A DNA stretch of 64,000 nt, taken from NCBI GenBank assembly GCA_010909165.1, contig MU008175.1, positions 248,001 to 312,000 on the forward strand, written 5' to 3'. Both the position numbers and the translations under genes were made by a program. Below are positions 12,788 to 24,757 of this stretch, one piece after another. The notes beneath the pieces are model-generated. The model was not told the DNA's origin, did not search any database, and saw nothing but the letters and a program-made list of their open reading frames with translations. Position 1 is the stretch's first letter. Each line of letters begins with the position of its first letter. This stretch comes from Anthoceros angustus (Eukaryota > Plantae > Anthocerotophyta).

Positions 12788-12980
12788 CTGGATTGGTTAG
12801 GGTTTTAGAAATGCCCATTCATCCCGTTTTACATTTTGGAAAGCTGGATTAGTTAGGGTTTCGGAAACGCCCGTTCATCCTGTTTTACATTTTGGAAAAC
12901 TGGATTAGGTAGGGTTTTGGAAACGCCCGTTCATCCCATTTTCGTTTTGGAAAGCTGGATTAGGTTAGGGTTTCGAAGAC
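12788..12980. repeat. ~56-bp degenerate tandem repeat (about 3.5 copies), each with a telomere-like TAGGGTTT
   Basis: CTGGATT(A/G)G(T/G)TAGGGTTT...GAAA(C/T)GCCC(A/G)TTCATCC recurs at ~12788, 12843, 12900 and 12953. Confidence 0.85.
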
Positions 12981-13149
12981 GCACATCATTGCCGATGATA
13001 CTGAACACTTCACCACCTAAATGGCTACTCGTCTGAATGGCACTGCCCCAAAGAGACAGCTACTTGTCTGGGTGGCATTGTCCCGAAGGGACTTCACCAC
13101 ATCACTTGGTTCAGGAGCCACGAAGCGGAGCATTTGGGAAAGAAGATTT

Positions 13150-15513
13150 TGTTCGGGTAGAACCATGTTCGGTGTGCAAGAGAACGAAAGCATATATCTA
13201 ATTGAGAAGATGTACAAAATGAATAAGTGTTGGTCTTATATACTAAGCAACCCTTCACTAAGTGACCTTTGGATATATAATCCTAACTAACATAACATAA
13301 CCCTAAGCGTTGTTAAGCTTATGCTCTAACACCCTCCCTTAAGCGTACGAGCTTAGGGAGGCATCAAGCGATCCTGAGGAGGCAGCGGCGGCATGGGGAC
13401 TAAGCGGTCGCCCAACAAGCGCCATCAGTGCGCACTGCGCGCCAGCGCGAGGATGGCTACAAACATCGGCGGCTTCTGGCGCCTTCATCACAGTCATTTA
13501 CACTTGCGTGCAAATCCTCGATCTGCTCGGCCACCATGGCTGGCGTGGCGAGGCGGAAGGCTCTAATACATGTGGCGAGGCGGAAAGGAAGAGGCGGAAA
13601 AAGCAGTGCTACTTTGTTCCCTTGAAATTTGAAGAGTGGGATGAACGCCATGTCCTGGGCTCGAGTGTGACACTCGGTGGGTGGAGGATTTCCCTTGATG
13701 TTAAATTATCTTTGGGCGAGGCCGTGAGGTGGAGGAGGCGCATCACCGTGAGCGTGGGAGATAATGCCTACTTGCTCAAACCACTTCACGAAGCAGAGAA
13801 GTTGTGTGGCACGACTTTCGCTGTCGGCCAGCCAGGCGCGCACAATCCCATGTCGTTGTAGCAAGAGGTCCGTTCCCAAGAGAATGATAGGCTCGTTTGT
13901 ACGTTTTCAACCGATTCTCATAGCGTCGTGGCGTTTGAGACTCAAGCGGCGTGCTGATTTGCGACTAACTACTCTTAACGTTCACCGAACAGGCCCGGTG
14001 TGGCCAAACATTTAAGGACTCGTTCACGTCCGTACCCTATCAGTCCGTTCCTAGTTCATCTAGTTCGTTCTCCTCACCACTCTCAATATGCTCATCACTT
14101 CTTGGGAAAAGAGTGGGTGGGCTGCGTGGTCCGGACCTCCTCCGGCGTTCTGCCGGGCCTCTCCGTCCGGGCTCTACACGCCCTCACGGAGTTCCCCAGC
14201 TCACGCGTTCCGGTCCGTCCGACGTCGGTCCGCTGCTCTGGAAGAGCAAGGGTCTCTGATCGTCCACTCCTGCACACACCACCACACGTTAGGGTCCATC
14301 ACGGGACCTTGATCTCTCGAGGCAGCCGTGCACCTTTCGATGACTCGGGACTCACGTTAGCAAAGGACGCACAAGGGTCTACAAGGAAACGCGGTATCCA
14401 CCCCAAGAAAAAGATGCTTTACTAGAGCAACTCCGACCCTCTTATACTACGCCCAAGGTCGCCGTCTTTATTACACTCCTATTAGGTGGCCATTTCGGTG
14501 GGCTAACTCGCCTACTATTTCCCTCTATTAGCCTATCTCGCGTCTGCGGTGGAGGGGTGCTCACAGTTCCGCCTCGGTCTTTGGCGGCCCCTAGCCACGA
14601 TAGGCTGCGGGCGCACCTAATCGGATGATCGCGAGGCCCTTCCCGTCCCAAAACTACTGTCAGTGAGCCACCGGCGGCGGCGACAGTGATCACCAAGTCC
14701 TCCTCCCCTCCTCTCTTGCCCTCGTGGTGGGCCCTTGTTCGTGGGCCCCTCAATAGATAGCTCAAAGTGGCGGGTTGGTGACTCCAGTGAGGCGGACCTC
14801 GAGGTCAGTCCTGGGCTGAAATCGACCTAGGGTCGGCCTTCCTTCTGGAGTCCGGACCTCGGGGTGCGGTCTCGACTCTGGGGTCCGGACCTCAGGGTTT
14901 GGCCTTCCTTCTGGAGTCCGGACCTCGGGGTCCGATCTCGACTCTGGGGTCCGGACCTTTGGGTCCGGCCTTTCTTCTGGAGTCCGGACCTCGGGGTCCG
15001 GTCTCGATTCCGGAGTCCGGACCTCGGGGTCCGAACTCGCGGGTCCTTGGACTTCCCCGCCCCGTGGACTTTCCGGAGGTCCGTCCTCACCCACCGCGCC
15101 CTCACGTTGTTCCAAGGTTCCCGGGGCTGTCGCTTCTATGGCCCCCTCGGGGCTTTCCTCCCTTCCCTCCGTGGCAGGGAGCGGAGTGCTTACCTCAGGC
15201 GCAGTGGCATCCACTATGTCTTGCTCCTCCAGGTGATCCCCCTCCCCGCTGCTGCTGTCGTCGCCAAACAGCGCTCCCAAGGTCCCGGTGGCCGTACTGG
15301 CTTGTGGGCTATGGACTTCCCTTGGGGGTTCTGTTCGGATAGAACCATGTTCGGTGTGCAAGAGAACAGAAGCATATATCTAATTGAGAATATGTCCAAA
15401 ATGAATAAGTGTTGGTCTTATATACTAAGCAACCCTTCACTAAGTGACCTTTGGATATATAATCCTAACTAACATAACATAACCCTAAGCGTTGTTAAGC
15501 TTATGCTCTAACA
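13150..15513 (-). mobile_element. Intact-ended non-autonomous LTR retroelement (TRIM/LARD-like), 2364 bp
   Basis: 182-bp LTRs at 13150-13331 and 15332-15513 (TG...CA, 5 mismatches); 5-bp TSD GATTT on both sides. Minus-strand PPT AAGGGAGGG abuts the left LTR. No intact gag/pol. Confidence 0.92.
14827..15045 (-). repeat. 39-bp tandem repeats inside the LTR element (PEVRTPESRPD-type 13-aa units)
   Basis: About 5-6 units of GTCCGGACCTCGGGGTCC...; the minus frame 14762-15361 stays open across them. Confidence 0.85.
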
Positions 15514-16529
15514 GATTTGATTTGGACCTCGGATATGTATCAATTGAATGGTATATAGCAAGCAGCAAAAATCGCTTATGTACCAATGCGCAGAATTGAG
15601 GACTTCATTGCATGAGAGGAGCAAAATCCTACATTCCCAACTGAGTTATGCTGTACAAATTCATGGAAATCGACCACTGAGCTCACATACTGTCCAAAGA
15701 TGACTCAAAGTTGTTCTAGAAAAGTGTACAAATGCCAACTTGGCCCAGCAGATCACAGCTATACAGTTGGTCTAGACATCCTTCCTATGGACAAGCCCAA
15801 AAATAGTCCAGGTAAAGGATTCCAGACCCCATCTGCATGAAGCAGGATGGAGCGGGCGATGGCAAGTGAGCGATCAAGAGCAGTCAAAACAGATTTATAC
15901 AAAGAGTATTTTCTATTGAGCATGATGATACATATATACAGGGTCTAGTAACACTTTGTAATTGGCGCAATTACATCCGTAACTACTCTAACTGCTGGAT
16001 GACAGTAATTCACCCCTATCTACTATTACTCCCACTTAGTTTGCATGTAGTCGATGAAACCAGATTCAGAATCTCAGTTAAAATCACCCGATACAGAACC
16101 AAATAGGAAGTAAATGACACTGCCAAAAACAGCTTGAAAAATCAATGTGGACCAAATTTGTTCTTAATTGTTTTGGTTTACCATTTAATTAAGCCTCGGA
16201 TATAGCTCAAATAAAGTTTGAGCAATGGTATATGCTTGCTTTACGGCCGGCGGCGGCCCCTAGATCTTGATGGCACAAGCTCTGCCGCCTCTGAGTACCA
16301 CAGAACACATGGTGCCCAAGGAACTCTGAACTTCTCAAACGTCTAGTCTCGCGGCCATACTTGAGTTGTAGTAGAGATGTCGAGCTCGCAGCCAGCTTTG
16401 AAATGCCTTGGATGTGAAAGATACTGAGTACCTTCATGCAAGTTCACCGAATGCTAAGCAGAAAAGCAGTTTTGACATCTAGTTGATGGACAGTAAGATT
16501 GAAATGGGCAGCTATGGCAAGTAGAATTC

Positions 16530-17790
16530 TTATAGACGTGTAGACTTCACTACTGGGGCAAAGGTCTCATTATAGTCAAGGCCAGGAACCTGACTAAAAT
16601 CCTTGACCACCAATCTTGCTTTGTATCTGCCAACACTTCCATCAGCATTTAATTTCTTCTTGAAAACCCACTTACAAGCTATAGGTTTACGACCAGGAGG
16701 TAGGTCTACCTCTTCCCATGTCTTGTTATGCAAAAGGGTTGAGTATTCTGACTCAATTGCCTTCTGCCATTGCTGTGCCTCAGGCCCTTCCACAGCTTCC
16801 TTATAAGTAGCAGGTTCATCTAGAGAAGCAATGGCATTGAGGACAAAATCTTGAGAAAGGGGGTCAGCAGTGACCATACCTACAATATAATCAGGCTTTT
16901 ACTCTTCTATGGGCCGACGGGACCTTGTAGAACGACGAGGCGGAGGTGCTTCTAAGGGTTCTTCTTCTGTAGCTACAGGATCAGCAATGTCTGGTGAGTG
17001 CTCATGGTCAGCAATTTCTACAACAGCAGGAAAATGATTAGGTGCAGGAACATCTATATCTATATCAGCAGAAGCTGGTGCTGGAATTGTTGGTGCTAGA
17101 ATTGCTAGTGCTGGAATTGCTGGTGCTAGAATTGCTAGTGCTGGAATTGCTGGTGCTAAAATTGCTAATGCTGAAATTGCTGGTGCTGGCTAATGGATGG
17201 TGTCCCCCTCTGAACCCGAAATCACCTCATTATCTTCATACAGGGTGATGGCCAGAGTGTCCAAGGGCTCCTCAACTTGAACACCAAAAATGGAGGAGGA
17301 TGCCTCTGAGTGTGCCTATGTCTGCTGCAAGTGATGTTGGAGAAGGGAATTCTCGTTGAAAACAACACTTCAAGAAACGGCCAGCGTACGAGAAATAGGA
17401 TCAAAAAGCTTATAGCCCTTCACATCATCAGAATAACCAACAAAATTTCGTCGTTGTGCCTTGGGATCAAGCTTGTGACGTAGCTCAAAAGGAATGAAAG
17501 CATATGTAGGTGCACCAAACACACGCAGGTGAGAAATTCAAAGATTTCTTGCCTGTCCACCGCTCATAAGGGGTTGTGTACCTAACTCTTTCGAAAGGAG
17601 TCGATTCTGTATGTAGTTGGTGGCCATGACAGCCTCTCCCTAGTAACCTCTTATGAGGCCAGCAAAAAGCAAACTCGCCAAAGTGGCCTCTTGAAGGAAT
17701 CTATTTTTTCTCTTAGCAAAAGAATTTTGAGCAGGAGTATAAGGTACTGTGAGTTGATGTTGGATTCCTTTAGCTGGCCTGATAGGCCTT
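16530..17790 (-). mobile_element. Ty1/copia integrase C-terminus to RT N-terminus remnant
   Basis: LTVPYTPAQN, HLRVFGAPTY...KLDPKA...VGYSDDVKGYKLFDP and EPATYKEA...WVFKKK...RYKARLVVKDFSQVPGLDYNETFAPV; in-frame stops present. A 15-bp repeat lies at ~17075-17190. Confidence 0.92.
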
Positions 17791-17929
17791 ATTAACCAAG
17801 CTTATCCATTATTCTAGCACACAAATCCTCACAAAAAAAATAGAAACTCCTATAAACTAACTAGAAGGGAGGTCGAAGCATTCGGCCCTTGTCCACACGG
17901 ACATATACTTAAGTAATTTTACGAGACGT

Positions 17930-18530
17930 GATATATTTTTCGAGGTTAGCACTTGTTCACAGATTTTGGAGAACCATGGACGTGAATACTGGATGTCAGT
18001 TAAGCGCATTTTCAGATATCTTAAGGGTACCTTGCATGTTGGACACCTGGCATCAACAAGTTAACTTTAATAGCTTATACCGACGCTGAATCTGTTGGTG
18101 ACCCTAACATGCAAAAGTCCATATGAGGTTAAGTACTCATCCTAGGCAAGGCTCCTATCTCTTGGTCCAATAAGAAAGGACCTACTATTGCCCTGCTAAG
18201 TATTGAGTCGGAGTACAAAATACTAACCTCAGTTGCGGGTGATTTAGCTTTAGATGAGCTCAATCACCCGCAAAATAATCATAAATCATTATTTAATGAT
18301 AGCCAGGGAGCTAAAGCCTTAGCTAAAAACCATATCTTTCATTCCAGAACTACTAAGCACATAGCAGTTGAGTATCATTATATAAATTGCGCTTAGAGAA
18401 TAAGACTACAGACATTAAGACTATAGACATTAAATATATACAAACTCAAGAGAATCCAACTAATTTACCGACAAAATCTCTTGGTCGAGACTTGCACAAT
18501 AAGCACATGAAAGTCTTAGGTGTACTAGAT
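17930..18530 (+). mobile_element. Ty1/copia RT C-terminus/RNase H remnant, heavily degraded
   Basis: WMSVKRIFRYLKGT, YTDAESVGD, APISWSNKK, DSQGAKALAKNHIFH..TKHIAVEYHYI. Confidence 0.85.
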
Positions 18531-20263
18531 ATAAAGTCTAGACCTCCTTAAGTTAGCACTTTTACAGTCATAGTTTATGGGTAGATTCAAGTTAATTTTA
18601 CTATCCTATCCCCAAGCTTTATCTATGTAGTCTTTTTCTTCCTCTAGCTCTAGATACTCCTCATAGTACTCCATATTGAGTGTCCATGCAAACCCTAAGA
18701 AAATAGGGTATATTAGTTTATAGAAATATATATAAACAATAATACAAATATTTAATTATTAACTCCTAGATTAACCTAACCACGGAACTTAGGGCACTCA
18801 CGGTACATGTGCTTAGTGTGCCCCTCATACTCCTTACATGGCTCACAGCCTAACCACACCATGTGGATCTGAGTTTTCTGGCACATATAACTTTCAGGGA
18901 CATTGGAATCCCCCTTCCCACCTGGGCATGTTAACTAAGTCATGTTTGTCAAATCATCAGCAGGCAGGTGCTGCTTAGGGATCCAATATCTCATCTTAGT
19001 GGGAGCCATCCGAGGTACAGAAACCCTCATACTAGAGGTTCCCACACACTTGTCGTTTGCTGCCATTAAACAATTAAGAGAGTAAAACAAAAAAAAGAGG
19101 ATACGAGGATCACGTATCAAAACTTAAGCCACCAACCTACCAGTAGTGTGGCCTCCTACCTCATCCACCTTAGCTTTGCCTTTTTCATTGTCTTGTACAG
19201 CGGGGACAAATCCTAGCCACTCATGTCCCATATATGCACATACCCATTGAGAGTCAGCCTACAGTACCCTTTCTGGTTTGTATGCTGACTACTGAGCACA
19301 AATATACATACTATTTACTAGTTCTTGTAGTTTTCTACAAGCCATAGGGTCTGAGTACATAGATATATGTCCTCACAACATTCTCTTCAGCTGGGACTTC
19401 CTTCACATATGGGCTCACTGTCACTTGTTGGTTCAATATATGGTAAGCCAAGCTGCCTCTCACTTGTCCTTGGAGGACTGGGCATTTCGACATGTGTGTG
19501 TGTGCAGCTACAAGAGATGGATGTGAGTTATTAGTAGGGCATCAGTTTTTGCAACCATTTGCAAATCAACTTCACCTCTTTGCTCCACACGTGGCATCTC
19601 CTCATCTATCTTAAAGGCATCAAATCCAAGCTCATGTGTGGGTGAGGACAGCTCGATAATGGGCGTGTTGCGGGCATGATGACGAGCAACTGATCCTTCG
19701 CTGCTTGACGAATGGCGATGCAAGCCGGTGACTCTTCTTGGTACAGGGCACACTCTCCTATTTACAAAGACAGATGATGCCGATGTGTGTTGGTACTGGG
19801 CAGCATCAGGTGCAGACAACGAAGCCTTTTCTCCTTCGTCGTGACTGGGCGGTGTTAGAATAATAACATCCTAGCCCTTAGGGCACGTTTCGCAAAACTT
19901 AGGCTAGATTCCGAAAGGCAATTACGAACGATTACGCACACAGCTTTTCACCTCTGTTCATAACATTCAGTGCCCAATGCAAACATATTCTGCACATTTA
20001 CATGGTGCCTATGCCTGATCACCGAATTCAGGCATGCCAGCCGCATAATCATGCCACACCCCTTTCATTATCATGCCTGGCAATCAGAGGCGTGAACGCC
20101 TTACAAAGAAGGCAGAAAAGGAAGCGAAACATCTCGAATGGCGGAGAATCAACAGGGAGATACAATTCCTCAAAGAGGCACAAGAAAATCTATGGCATTA
20201 CGGCTGGCTTAGAACCTGCAGTGTTCTACTCTTCATTGGCGCAGAAATGGCTGGAATGTCGCC

Positions 20264-22342
20264 TAATCCTTCATCGCCCGCCACTCGGTCGCTGAGATTG
20301 CCCGTGCGATTTTCTGCCATCATGTTTTCGCTCTGGTGGGAATGGAGCTCAAACCCCAGATATGGCAGCCGGCTGAATTAGCACATCATCATTTGATTTA
20401 TAGACGTTTCCATTATTAGGCTGCTAATAATCAAAGGTTACTTTAACCAAACTTAACCCTAAACCCAACATTTTCAACTCGATTCCGAAGGCCAAGGTTA
20501 ATTTAACCTAACCTAACCTTCAGCAATTGTTGACCACTCAAGCGCCCGCGCACACCGTTCTAGCCGACCATATCGAGCATGTACTTTGTCAGGGCTTTTA
20601 AAAGTAACGGATGTCTGGGCGAACCAATGTAGTCGGCGTGGCAATCGGTCATTGGTGGCGATTGGGCATAAAAGAAACGCGCCTCGCAGCAACAATGGGT
20701 CGGCCTTGCATGCCACAGGCTGTGCGGATGCGAGTTTGAAACTTGCATCCTCGCACTTATATACGCCTCTTGCGCCGAAATTGCATCTGCGTGCGAGACC
20801 ACATCAAGCGGCCTCCTCTTCATCGCGCGCGCTGCGGTCTGGATTATTGCCGTCGAATTTGATGCGCCTCTGCGGCGATTCCCTCGTCTGATTCTTGATA
20901 ATATGCGGAGGTGATCGATAACGGATGGTTGGGCGGCGGTGCACAGGAATTTATCGAATGGCGTGGGAGCACGCTTGGGCGGCTTGGAGGCTTCCTGAGC
21001 GCGACCCACACATGGCCAGCCGGGGCCCGGATGGCGCTTCAAACTCAAGCGGAGGCGGTGGATTTCAAGAGGAGGCTCATGGAGATGGGGCGTTGCTTGA
21101 TGGAGATTATTGCCCTTTGGAGGTCCGAGTAGGGCGCCCGACTTGGGTGTCTTCCAAGGCGGATTGCGCCACAGTTTAGAAGTGTTATATAGAATTGCCC
21201 AGGGGCGTTGCGGAGACATTTAGCGTGAGGCATTTTTCAGCCCGTCTCTACCTATCCCATTCCACTTTTGATCGCCTTTGGCAAAAGTAATCCTTCATCG
21301 CCCGCCACTCGGTCGCTGAGATTGCCCGTGCGATTTTCTGCCATCATGTTTTCGCTCTGGTGGGAATGGAGCTCAAACCCCAGATATGGCAGCCGGCTGA
21401 ATTAGCACATCATCATTTGATTTATAGACGTTTCCATTATTAGCTGTGCTAATAATCCCGAAGCCCAAGGTTACTTTAACCAAACTTAACCCTAAACCCA
21501 ACATTTTCAACTCGATTCCCGAAGGCCAAGGTTAATTTAACCTAACCCTAACCTTCAGCAATTGTTGACCACTCAAGCGCCGCGCACACCGTTCTAGCAC
21601 GCGCCGACCATATCAGGCATGTACTTTGTCACGCGGGCTTTTCTGAAGTAACGGATGTCCTGAACCAATGTAGTCGGCCGCGTGGCAATCAGTCATTGGT
21701 GGCAGTTGGGCATAAAAGAGAGCACTGCCTCTTGGCAACAATGGAATTCGGCCTTGCATGCCACAGGCCTGTGTGCGGATCGCGAGTTTGAAACTTGCAT
21801 CCTCGCACTTATATACGCCTCTTGGCAACAATGGAATTCGGCATCCGTGCAGACCATGGCATCATGCCTCCTCTTCATCGCTACAGCGGTCTGGATTATT
21901 GCCGTCGAATTTGATGCGCCTCTGCGGCGATTCTACGCAGATTTCGAATGTCTCGAGGAGGTGATCGATAACGGATGGTTGGGCGGCGGTGCCCGGAATT
22001 TATCGGGTAACGTGGGAGCACGCTTGGGCGGCTTGGAGGCTTCCCGAGCGACCTGACCCACGGGCCGCCGCGAGGCCGTGATGGCGCTTCAAACTCAAGC
22101 GGAGGCGGTGGATTTCAAGAGGAGGCTCATGGAGATGGGGCGTTGATGGAGATTATTGCCCTTCGGAGGTCCGAGTAGGGCGCCCGACTTGTGTCTTCCA
22201 AGGCGGATTGCAGCCGCCACGGTTAAGTGTTATATAGAATCGCGGAGGCGTAGGAGACATTTAGCGTAGAGGCATTTTTCAGCCCGTCTCTACCTATCCC
22301 ATTCCACTTTTGATCGCCCCTTTTGGGCAAAAGTAATCCTTC
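20264..22342. repeat. ~1.03-kb tandem duplication of unidentified, probably transposon-internal sequence
   Basis: Units 20264-21287 and 21288-22333 are colinear with many 1-3 nt indels; TAATCCTTC occurs at all three junctions. Confidence 0.85.
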
Positions 22343-22679
22343 TAGGCTAATAAATCGTGGTAGAACTTAACTGATACCACATCTACTTTGTGTACTTGCA
22401 AAGGAAATCGGACTGTTGGTCCGTGGATAAGATCATGCACTGCAAATGTGCGTTCGAGGGTTCGAATCCATTCCTCGACAGGTGTCAAAACAGGTTGCAA
22501 GTATGATGGAAAAGATTTTGCATTGCGCATAAGTGCATGAGGGTTCGAGCTCGCGCGCATACGATGCCCTTGTGGATCGAACCAAATGCATGTTTTGTCT
22601 CGGAACCCGTCATTAAGCGCCCATACACGCTCGTTCCTTCTATATTGTCTATAAATGTGAGGGGACGTCATAAATTAGT

Positions 22680-23382
22680 GCTGTTGTAAACGACCAGTGT
22701 CTAGTCGTAAAGGGTCTTGTTGTAAACCCTACAGGTGTGTAGTAAACTATGGGATGTTGTAAAATACCATTGGCATGTTGTAAAAGAACCCGTTGTAATG
22801 GAGAAAGTCCTGTAGTAAATTGATGGACCGTAGTAAACAAACATGCCATTGTTGTAACGTCCATAATGTAAGGGTATTAAAGCCCAATGTACTTAGACTA
22901 ATACACTTAGTCTACGTGAGGTGTCGGTTAAGTATCATTAGTTTAGCTTAAGCTAATCACTAGGAAGCTTCTTGTGCTCCCTCCTAGGAGCTTCTTGTGG
23001 AGCTTCCTACGGAGCCCTATTGAAGGGTATAAATACCCTCCAAGCCTCATCTCAATGTGAGAGAGCTACTCTTGCCTCCTCCTCTCCTCTCCTCTTTCCA
23101 CCAGCATGGCTGCCCCACGATCCTTCACATAAGCTCTATTGTAAATAACAAGTGCCCCGTAGTAAAATCCATTTTGTTTTGCCACGTCAGCTGTTGCGCC
23201 TTTGGCAAAACAAGCCCTGTAGTAAAGTTGGAATGAGGGTTAGTAAATTCAGGGCTATACTTGAAAATAATACATGGACTTGAAACAATGCCTTCAAGTG
23301 ACGTAGTAAAATGGGCAGTCGTGGTAAAATGCACCCCTGTTGTAAAACTGCAATTAGTAAAAGTATACTTTTCCTAGTAGTG
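22680..23382 (-). mobile_element. CACTA (En/Spm) transposon terminus with subterminal repeat array
   Basis: The minus strand begins CACTACTAGGAAAA (plus TTTTCCTAGTAGTG, 23369-23382), followed by about 19 copies of YGTWGTAAA spaced ~15-21 bp. The partner TIR was not found. Confidence 0.75.
22867..23127. mobile_element. Solo LTR, 261 bp
   Basis: TGTAAGG...CCTTCA termini, perfect 5-bp TSD CATAA (22862-22866, 23128-23132), internal TATAAATA. It interrupts the subterminal array. Confidence 0.85.
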
Positions 23383-23385
23383 AGG

Positions 23386-24757
23386 GGAGTCACCAATCAC
23401 CTGCCCTGACGGAACCATCTCTTAGAAGGCCTGCTGAACGAGGGCCCACCAGCGAGGCAAGAGAGGAGGGGGAGGAGGACTTGGTGGTGACCGCCCGTTG
23501 TCGAGCGCGCCCGTAGCTCGGCGCGAGTCTCGAGGAGGGGTAGGGGCCCCGCCTCGCGGATCATCGATTGGGTCTTACTGCGATTGTCGGGGAGCTAGGG
23601 CTTGGCCGCCAAAGGAACCGAGCAACCCAGCCATACCAGCATAGATAGGCGGAATAAGGGAGATAGTAGGCGGCCAGCAAGGGCCCACTAAGCTGGCCAC
23701 CAGCTCAGAATAGGAGTGTAATAAAGATGCCGACCTTGGGCATAGTATAAGAGGGCTGAGGCTGCTCTAGTAAAGTATCTTTCTCTTGGTGTTGATCTGC
23801 GTTTCCTTGCGGACCCTTGTGCGTCTTCTTGCTAACGTGAGTCTGAGTCAGCGAGCACGGCGGCTCGGGAGGGGATCCGAGTCGTGGCGGACCCTAACGT
23901 GTGGTGGTGTGTGCGGGGCGAGCGGGGACCCTTGCTCGTCTCGGCGGCGACAAGCGTTGGGTGGGCCGGGCAGGTGAGCGAAGGAACTCCGGGAGGCGTG
24001 TAGAGCCGGACGGAGGCCCGTGAGCAGCGGAGGAGGTCCGACCACGCGACCGCCCATTTTTCCAAAGGACATTGAATGTCGTGAGAGATGTGAGATTTTG
24101 GCGTGAGTGATTTTAGATGAGTGTAACGAGAGTGGTAAGAGGGACGGACTAGAAGTATGAGGGACGGACTGGAATGATACGGACGCGAATGAGTCCTTAA
24201 ACGTTTGGCTTCACCGAGCCTGTTCGGTGGACATCACGAGTAGATAGTAGCGGAAACAGTAAACATAGGTGTTTGAGTTCGAAACGGTCAGAAACGATTG
24301 AAACGCGACAAACGGAGCCCATCATTCTCTTGGGAGCGGACCCCTTACTACCACGACACGGGATCGTGCGCGCCCGACTGGCCGTCAGCGAAAGTCATGC
24401 CACAGGTGCCGAGGCCTCCTTATACTCCCTCACACCCTAATCTAACCCGCATAGTTTGAACCCTAACCCTAGGTCGTTGTAACCGCTAGGCGATAGCTCA
24501 TCATTTCGCCGGACTTCTTCCACCGGCCGTCTCCTGCCCAGCAGCAGATCCATTCCAAACTATGCTGCCCGATTGAACTAAGTCGCCTGGCTAGACCAAG
24601 CCGCCTGGCTGGACCACGAGTGCTCGGACAGACCACTCCGTTGGACCTCGCCCGGACGGACCACTCCGTCGGACCTCGCCCGGACGGACCACTCCGTCGG
24701 ACCTCGCCCGGACGGACCACTCCGTCGGACCTCGCCTAGACGCTCCGGCTTCTAACA
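23386..24757. mobile_element. LTR-retroelement-derived segment; 23386-24404 is an inverted homolog of ~13808-14787
   Basis: Colinear reverse-complement similarity over ~1 kb; right end ...TTCTAACA resembles the LTR terminus at 13331/15513. Confidence 0.65.
24631..24737. repeat. 28-bp tandem repeat GACCACTCCGTCGGACCTCGCCCGGACG (~3.8 copies)
   Basis: Units start at 24631, 24659, 24687 and 24715. Confidence 0.9.

Noticed and set aside
13079-13093. U6 snRNA-like GTCCCTTCGGGACA on the minus strand
   Set aside because: Similarity is limited to about 14 nt; the rest of U6 is absent.
13381-13810. Integrase GPY/F or chromodomain remnant inside the small LTR element
   Set aside because: Only weak motif-like text on both strands (VGDNAYLL on plus, GVHPTLQIS on minus); contradictory and not supportable without a search.
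18560-20260. Further retroelement or gene fragments
   Set aside because: Probably decayed TE sequence, but no diagnostic domain could be read with confidence.
22649-23370. FTT-repeat protein: removing the solo LTR joins ORFs 23125-23334 and 22649-22864 in frame; the array also looks superficially CRISPR-like
   Set aside because: The motif occurs in all three frames (LLQH/LQH readings), is only 9 bp, and ends at a CACTA TIR, so subterminal repeats explain it. No cas genes; eukaryotic context.
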